In this document: piece by piece, positions 56,494-64,000 of the stretch
Layout of the letters: every line of letters begins with the position of its first letter
How positions within the stretch are numbered: position 1 is the first letter of the stretch
Assembly (NCBI GenBank): GCA_964016885.1
Contig: OZ024742.1
Span: 188,542,001 to 188,606,000 of the forward strand
Origin: Eledone cirrhosa
Taxonomy: Eukaryota
Direction: 5' to 3'
DNA length: 64,000 bases
The notes under the pieces: generated by a model
Database searches by the model: none
The model's input: only the letters and a program-made list of their open reading frames with translations
Told to the model about the DNA's origin: nothing
Program-made: the position numbers and the translations under genes

Positions 56494-57969
56494 GTGTGTG
56501 AGCATGCATGTATGTGTATATATATAATATATATATATGTATATAGAGTATGTTATGCACATATACAAGGGAATGTATGAGTGTAGATAATATAGTTGGT
56601 TGCGAGTATTATAATTCAGTCTTCTCCAGGCATACTCTCTATATTATTTGAGTCAACAACAATTACAGTGAATCGAGACATGTATATACATCTGCTTTTC
56701 ACAGAGCTACGTTCCATAGTATTCCATTCATATTTCATGATCAAACAAAATATCGATTAAACAAACAATCAATCGTATTCAAGAAGTGTTGAGCAAATTT
56801 TGAAGTTATGTTAGCATAATGCAAGCTGTTTCAACGTAAGTTGTAGTGAGTATGAGAATTGTCAGAAAGCTTGTTTGACAATTCCAAATTAAAACTTTAA
56901 CAAACAAAATAACCTGTGAAATCTTGCTGGCAGTAATTCCAAATCTTCTTATAAAATAACACCATTGTTTCATTCAAGGGATTATGTTGAAAAATAAATC
57001 TCACTTGATCATTCCATGAACTTTTCTGCTGATCATCCTATATACAGGAAGTAGAGTGTAAATAGGTTGATTCGGTTATCTATTGAGCGGAAATGAGACA
57101 GGTTGAGACGAGAATTATCAAGGTTGATAAACGTTTTACTTTTCAGCCACATTCCGACGACGGTGGGCCTACTCATCATTCAATCTACACAACAGCCTGT
57201 TCGCAAAATTAACGTGCAAGTGGCTGAGCATTCCAAAAGTAACATGCACTCTTATCATGGTTCTCAAGGCGATTCAGCATGAGATGGTGTGTGATAAGGC
57301 TAGACCCTTGAATTACAGGCGCAACTCATTATTTCCAGCTGGGTAGAATGGTGTAACGTGAAATATTGCGTCTTCCTGAAAGAGAATCGAAATCATGAAA
57401 TTACATGTGTGAGCCAAGCACCCTAATCACTAAACCACGCGCCTTTACATATATACATACATACATACATACATGATTGCACATATATATCGTATATATT
57501 TATATATATGAGTTATACATCATATTACAAAAACAATATCAGAGGTTATAACCATAGGTGAATATGTTACACACACCTCAAAATAGAGTAATTAATCATA
57601 ATAAGCCAAACAAAAGGCTATGCATTACACCCTTCTGAAAGAATTATCCAAAAAACATATGTATACAAACTCCTATTGTGCAAAAAGCAACGATTACACT
57701 AGAGTCAAATTATTCATTAAAAAAGGACACCAAATGCATTAATACGTTAAATGGTTATTAACGAACATTTCATCAATATGGCATAACTTCGTATTTTTTC
57801 AGAATGTAAACAAATTTCTGTCTGCTGGATGCAATCTATTATGGTGAGATTGCAACGAGGTTTATATATTAAATTTCTTATTTTAAAAACTCCTAGAAGG
57901 GGGTGAAACGTTCGTTAATCAGCATTTAATCTATTAATATATTAGGTATCACTTTTGTAATGAATATGC

Positions 57970-58008
<39 letters not shown>

Positions 58009-58147
58009 TTTAATTTATATATATATATATACTCCAACATTGTAAGTAATAATCTGCATCTACAGAATGATCTTTCTCAGTTTCAGAAGATCCTGTATAG
58101 GCTGAAAGCAGAAATGCTTTGCTTGAACATTAATCTGTACAAATAAT

Positions 58148-58288
<141 letters not shown>

Positions 58289-58329
58289 TTTAAACATATA
58301 TGTACATATTAAAACCTATATATATATAT

Positions 58330-59130
58330 ATTGTTATACTTGGGGAGGGTCATATTTGTGTAATAATATTGCCAAAATTAATTTTAAAAAATGGTTCAGT
58401 ACTATACGAACATGCCAGACAACAACACGACGGTAACATAGACAACATAGAAATTAGAATAATATCTAAACATAGAAATGACCCAGCAGATAGGCAAATC
58501 AGAGAGCCCATAGAAATAGAACTTAGAAGGCTAAGCCTTGGCTAAACAGAAAAAAATGAATGGAATAACATCAACACCCAAACAAACAATACTGACCTAA
58601 GAGAAGTATAAATAAATAAATAAATACATACACAAGCACAATAACAACACATACATATAAACACACACTAGTAAACTAAGATAGAATACAATAACCAATA
58701 CACAGTCACCCAAACACGAACACACATCAAAAACTATACACACACGCAAACACATGCGCAGAGAAGACAAAAAAAAAAAAATAAACAGACTAAATAAAGA
58801 TAGCATAGGCATACAATACAACAGGAGGAAACATAATAGCACCACTGACGATGTTGCAGATGTGCAACGAAAGAACTTTGTTAGACTATACATATGTGTT
58901 TGTGTCAATATTGTATCTGTATTTTTGGCCGTTGGTCAGTGAATAGTAACATTGAGGACCGAATCAATTAAATTAACCGATATAAAAGACACAGAAGAGA
59001 AAACCAACCAAACAGTGAGTGTTTTCTGTTATTAATTCTTGCAATATTATTACACAAATATGACCCTCTCCAAGTATAACAATATTTTTTTCGACACACG
59101 ATTTCATATCAAAAACCTCGCAAAACTAAT
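58330..59130 (+). mobile_element. Penelope-like element P2 3' fragment (GIY-YIG C-terminus ~58385-58570, HHR, pLTR) with inverted pLTR piece
   Basis: [40 protein letters not shown]..(fs)NRKNEWN. 58330-58382 is inverted to ~59031-59083. Confidence 0.82.
58836..58889 (+). ncRNA. Hammerhead motif (P2), with an extra U before stem II
   Basis: ATAGCACCA-CTGACGA-T-GTTGCA-GATG-TGCAAC-GAAA-GAAC-TT-TGTTAGACTAT. Stem I imperfect. Confidence 0.65.
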
Positions 59131-59444
59131 TCATCGCCGTTATAAAAAAGTACCAGTAATACACTTGGTAATTTGCTGGCCTTGTGCCAAAATTAGAAAC
59201 AGTTATATATATTTAAAGTTACAAGTATATACAATTCTATATGTATATTTATTTTACTTTTTAATTACTTTTTCAATCTGTACGCATATTTGCGTTGTTT
59301 TAGATATCAGGCAGTTTGCAGAGACATCTTCCTAACATATAAATATGCATAGTTACATTATAACGACATTTTCATACTCAAATATTGAAACTTTATATAC
59401 TAAATTATTTTTTCTTTAAACCGTCGATGTTTCTCCGAGCTTAT

Positions 59445-59518
<74 letters not shown>

Positions 59519-59597
59519 CATATAAATATATATATATGCGTGTGTGTGTGTATTACATACATATATATTATATATACAATATATATGTGTGTGCGTT

Positions 59598-59629
<32 letters not shown>

Positions 59630-60218
59630 TGCGTGTATGTGTGTGTATGTGTGTGTGTGTGTGTGTTTTATGGCATATAACTGCTTCGTTTATTATGTTA
59701 TGTTTATATGATGTATAAATGCTTGTTTTATTAGTATTAAAATATGTTTCTCCGCTTTTTTTCTGATTTGCTATCGTTAATATAACTTTTGACATTCACG
59801 AAACTTGTGACGTTTTTTTGTTTTTTTTTCTTCAGGCCAAATTATTTTCTTTTTCATGTGAATGATCGCCGATCTTCGGCTTCATCAATTTTTAGTCTGA
59901 TAAAGCTAAATATAGCTAAAACTCCGAAGTCACTTCATTCTACTCATATAACATGTATGTTCAGTGTGTTATTGACTTTGTGTATTCTTACACGTAAATC
60001 ACCCACAGTATTATATATATTTTCCTATCAATTCTTTGAATTGTTTTAACATATATGCATCTTACCAACAAATCAGTTCTCAATTCTGTTATACAAAATG
60101 TCAGTATATGAGCAATACCAATGTAATAGGCAAAAGCGCATGCTTGCAAATTAGCCGAAGATGTTGACATACTGTTGTCTGTTCGTCCCAAGTAAATGTT
60201 TTCTTATCGAATATTTTG

Positions 60219-60272
<54 letters not shown>

Positions 60273-60467
60273 TTGTATATATGTATATATTTATGATTAT
60301 GGATGTGTGTGTGGGGAATTTGATACAATTTGATGTTGCTTCCTGTTGAATTTGATTTTTATAATAATATTTCCGATAATATTTATTTAATGTTAAAATA
60401 TTAATGACCTACTAATGATGTAACATGGACGGTAGGTTTAACAGCTTCGTCGGCAATTTGAAAACTT

Positions 60468-60668
60468 TCATGCGAAATTAATGTCTAGACTCTGTTCTAC
60501 AATTTTTATAGTTCTAATTATAGATTGCAAGTTGATTTTGAAAAGTACCAGGCTAGATTTCATATGCTCCCGACTATTTGTCTTAACTATTTTTAGTTTT
60601 CCTCCTGTTTCTAAATCTATCTTACTTTCTCTCTTTTTTGCCTTCGTTAGTTTTCTTCCTCGTTGCAT
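60468..60668 (-). pseudogene. Possible Tc1/mariner transposase N-terminal fossil
   Basis: MQRGRKLTKAKK resembles the Tc1-type start MxRGKKLT; no catalytic motif or TIR seen. Confidence 0.25.
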
Positions 60669-63434
60669 GGATACCTAATTCAACCAGGTATTCAAAAGGA
60701 AGCAGATAACATCTTACAGGCTGGGTTGAATTCTTTATGAAGTGCTCACTAATTCTGGTGATTTGCGCTATTCCAGGATTGGTTGACTAGTGTAAATCAC
60801 GAAAGAATAGGAAGTGATATTCATTACAAAAATACAATAAGGCTATACACAAATATTTCTGGGTGCTTCATGTCTTGACTTCATCAATTACCGGGTGTTG
60901 CAACTAAAATAATTCGTACCGAGGTCATGTTAGTTATTCAAAACTTCAATTGATTTTGAATTTAGCATTCAGTTCCTGATGTGTGACAAATGTTTGTCAC
61001 GCTATTAGCAACATTGCCACTGGCACAGTTCTGTTGCAAATGACTGGAAACCCTATTTAATGTCCAGTTTTTATTGACTTCGGGTGTTTACATGTTTCTA
61101 TATACATCAAGTCATATTTGTACATAAACAAATCTAATAAATTGTCTGTGTTTTTAAGGGCTAAAATTACACTTCGACGATGCTTGGGTATGTATTCCGT
61201 ATAGATTCCGATAGAATAAGGTTAACATTGAATATAAGTCTAGTCTCTCAAGTGTTATTTCGAAGGATATATTATTAAATTATATGAGTAGATGATACCT
61301 ACAAATTAGTTAATGAACAAAAGACACGCTGGTTCTTCTGAAGCTCCAACATGTCATATATGTCGCATTTTTAGGAAGATATTACACGAGTTTAGCAGCA
61401 TCTCCATAATGACATTTAGCTCTATATTGTCTTCAAAGCCGTCAGGATATTGTTGTTAAAAGAATATATACAATAGAATTCATATAATGGCATTGTATAC
61501 ATCCAACCCCAGTGTCAGAATATTAAAGTATATTGTTGAGGAGATCGATGTATGAAAACGACTTAGGTTCTACTCCATATAAAAATAACAAATAAGGGAA
61601 AAGAAATCCCAATTTATTGAAACAATTTCTACAATATATCACGACATATGATATTGTATTGCTCTCTGTTGTCGTAGCAAATGACATCACCTTTATAGCT
61701 AGAGCTTGTTGACACTAAAACCTAAAGCAACAATTTATAATGGCAATACAGTAAATTTCCAATACATAAAAAGAAAGACATTTTTAAAAAGAGAAGTAAA
61801 AACAGGATATTTCACGTTCGCAAGTAATTTATTATATTATGACCGTGCTTTCTCTAAATACTTTCTAGTTATTGATCATAAAATAATGGTGTCCTCCTAG
61901 ATTACCCAATGAAAATATCGCATAGTCTGTAAAGGTCATAACCTTTAAGAAATCCCAAGTGAAATTATGGCAACGTCTTGCAAAGGAAGTATATAAAAGT
62001 CAAAGCTAATAGAGTTTTATCTTATGACCTTAATGCATTTATAGAAAATGGAAAATTCTGTTCTATTTGCAGTTGCAGTGTTCCCTAGTGAAACTCATAT
62101 CTCTGTCAAATCTAAACAAGTATTTGGCTATTAATGTGTCGTTAGGGAGATCTCTTCGCAACCACTTCTTTTTGAGTTCGCTTCATTTACCTTACTCTTT
62201 GCTCCAATTCTCTCGGTACCAGCGGCAACTGAATATTAACCTTGTGGTGAACTGGTGTCATTTCTCAGCGGTAGCGTGGTACTTTCAGTCGCTTATTGCC
62301 CATGAAACCGGTATAAGATCCGGACTTCCTTCCAGGCGTGGAAATATATAAATACAGACGTAAGACGATAAATTTAAATCTCTAAGAAATATATGCTGTT
62401 GCTTCCATGCTATATAAAGATTGACGACTGGTTTTCCGGAACCATTTACGCCAACATCATGCTGGACTTTTCGTCTTGCATATACAGTAACAACTTCCGA
62501 TGAATTTCCTAACGAATTTATCTAGTGTAGATAGATACAGACTGCCTACAGAAGTATCTCAGCTACTCTTATGTAACGAATCGCATTGCTACGTTTTTCC
62601 CTGATTTCCTATTCAAAAGGCTAATAACATATATACACACGGACATACCAGTGAAACACGCAAGCCCAGATATACAGAGGTCCAAACACACGCATATGTT
62701 CAAATATACGTATATATAGAGAAAGAGATATTCACACACGCATGTATTTATAAATGTGTGTTTTGTGGTGGATAGAGAAAGAGGGGGAGCTGATTGATTC
62801 ATTGACACATCTATATAAATATTCCTCTACAGACATATATATAAACGCACAATTCACATCTTTTCCTTTCATCTCTCTGACTTATTCTTAAATTTATCAC
62901 ATTTCTTTGGCTCTCTAGAAAACTTTCCAGATCATATATAGAAGATCACAGGAGGCAATAAAATTGCACACACATATATAGGCACATATACACACACATG
63001 AGAACACACATACATGTATACATAGATACATCCGCATATGCATATATATGTCCATCCATCCGACTATATATATATACGTAAAATATATGGAATGGGCCTT
63101 CGCCGATTTCACTGTAAGAGTTCCAGTTGTTCGATCACAAGAACAGCTTGCTCGATACATTAAGGTGTAAATGGCATACATATATACACACAGATGTTAA
63201 TGCAGACACACAAACACACAAACACTCACACACACATACATACATAGAAACATTAAAAAATCAGGCATACAAAAACACATAAATACATGCAAACATATGC
63301 CCACATATACATCATAATATACTGACATATATACACATATATATAAATGCAGATACACACATACAAACATAAAAAACTAGCCATACAAAAACACTTAAAT
63401 GCATCATTACATACTGACACACACACACACACAG

Positions 63435-63637
<203 letters not shown>

Positions 63638-63773
63638 TATATAGTGACACACATACATACACACACACATATATATTTACATACATGAAAACATACAAAA
63701 ATCAAGCATACAAAAACACATACGTATATACCTATGAACATAAATGCATCACTATATACTGACATACACACAC

Positions 63774-63818
<45 letters not shown>

Positions 63819-64000
63819 GTGACACACACATACATTCATACATACATACATACATGCATTCATACATTCATACAAACATATCAACACACTCATAAGCATA
63901 GAGGCAAACATATATTCAAATGCATGCGTACGTGATTCTTTCATATCTATTGTGAAAATCCTAGCATATGCTGTGCCTGGTCAATTGCAGACATCCATTA

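Noticed and set aside
62067-62560. GC-richer unique region, possible promoter or first exon (ORF 62067-62351)
   Set aside because: No recognisable protein and only generic motifs; cannot be supported without expression data.

Overview
AT-rich, microsatellite-saturated eukaryotic (metazoan) DNA, probably intronic or intergenic. The two SINE families resemble those of octopod cephalopods, which is recognition from memory and not a database result. Almost all ORF-track entries are (TA)n/(CA)n/(ACA)n artefacts and no intact host gene is identifiable. Recognisable coding remnants are all transposon-derived: an L1/Tx1-type ORF1 with a CCHC knuckle, three GIY-YIG endonuclease fragments from two Penelope-like element (PLE) lineages, an RTE-LINE 3' end and a Helitron fragment. 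The dominant hidden structure is a swarm of about 20 inserts in (TA)n tracts from roughly 9-10 families. Read by eye they carry about 17-18 minimal type I hammerhead ribozyme (HHR) motifs (CUGANGA-stem II-GAAA-palindromic stem III-UH). Most inserts are head-to-head palindromes (40 bp to 1 kb arms) with both 3' ends on TA, and their inversion junctions repeatedly fall in ribozyme helices. Two HHRs have about 80-nt stem II expansions, and one 328-bp HHR unit has a 41-bp terminal direct repeat (retrozyme-like). All folds are by hand and coordinates may be off by a few bases.
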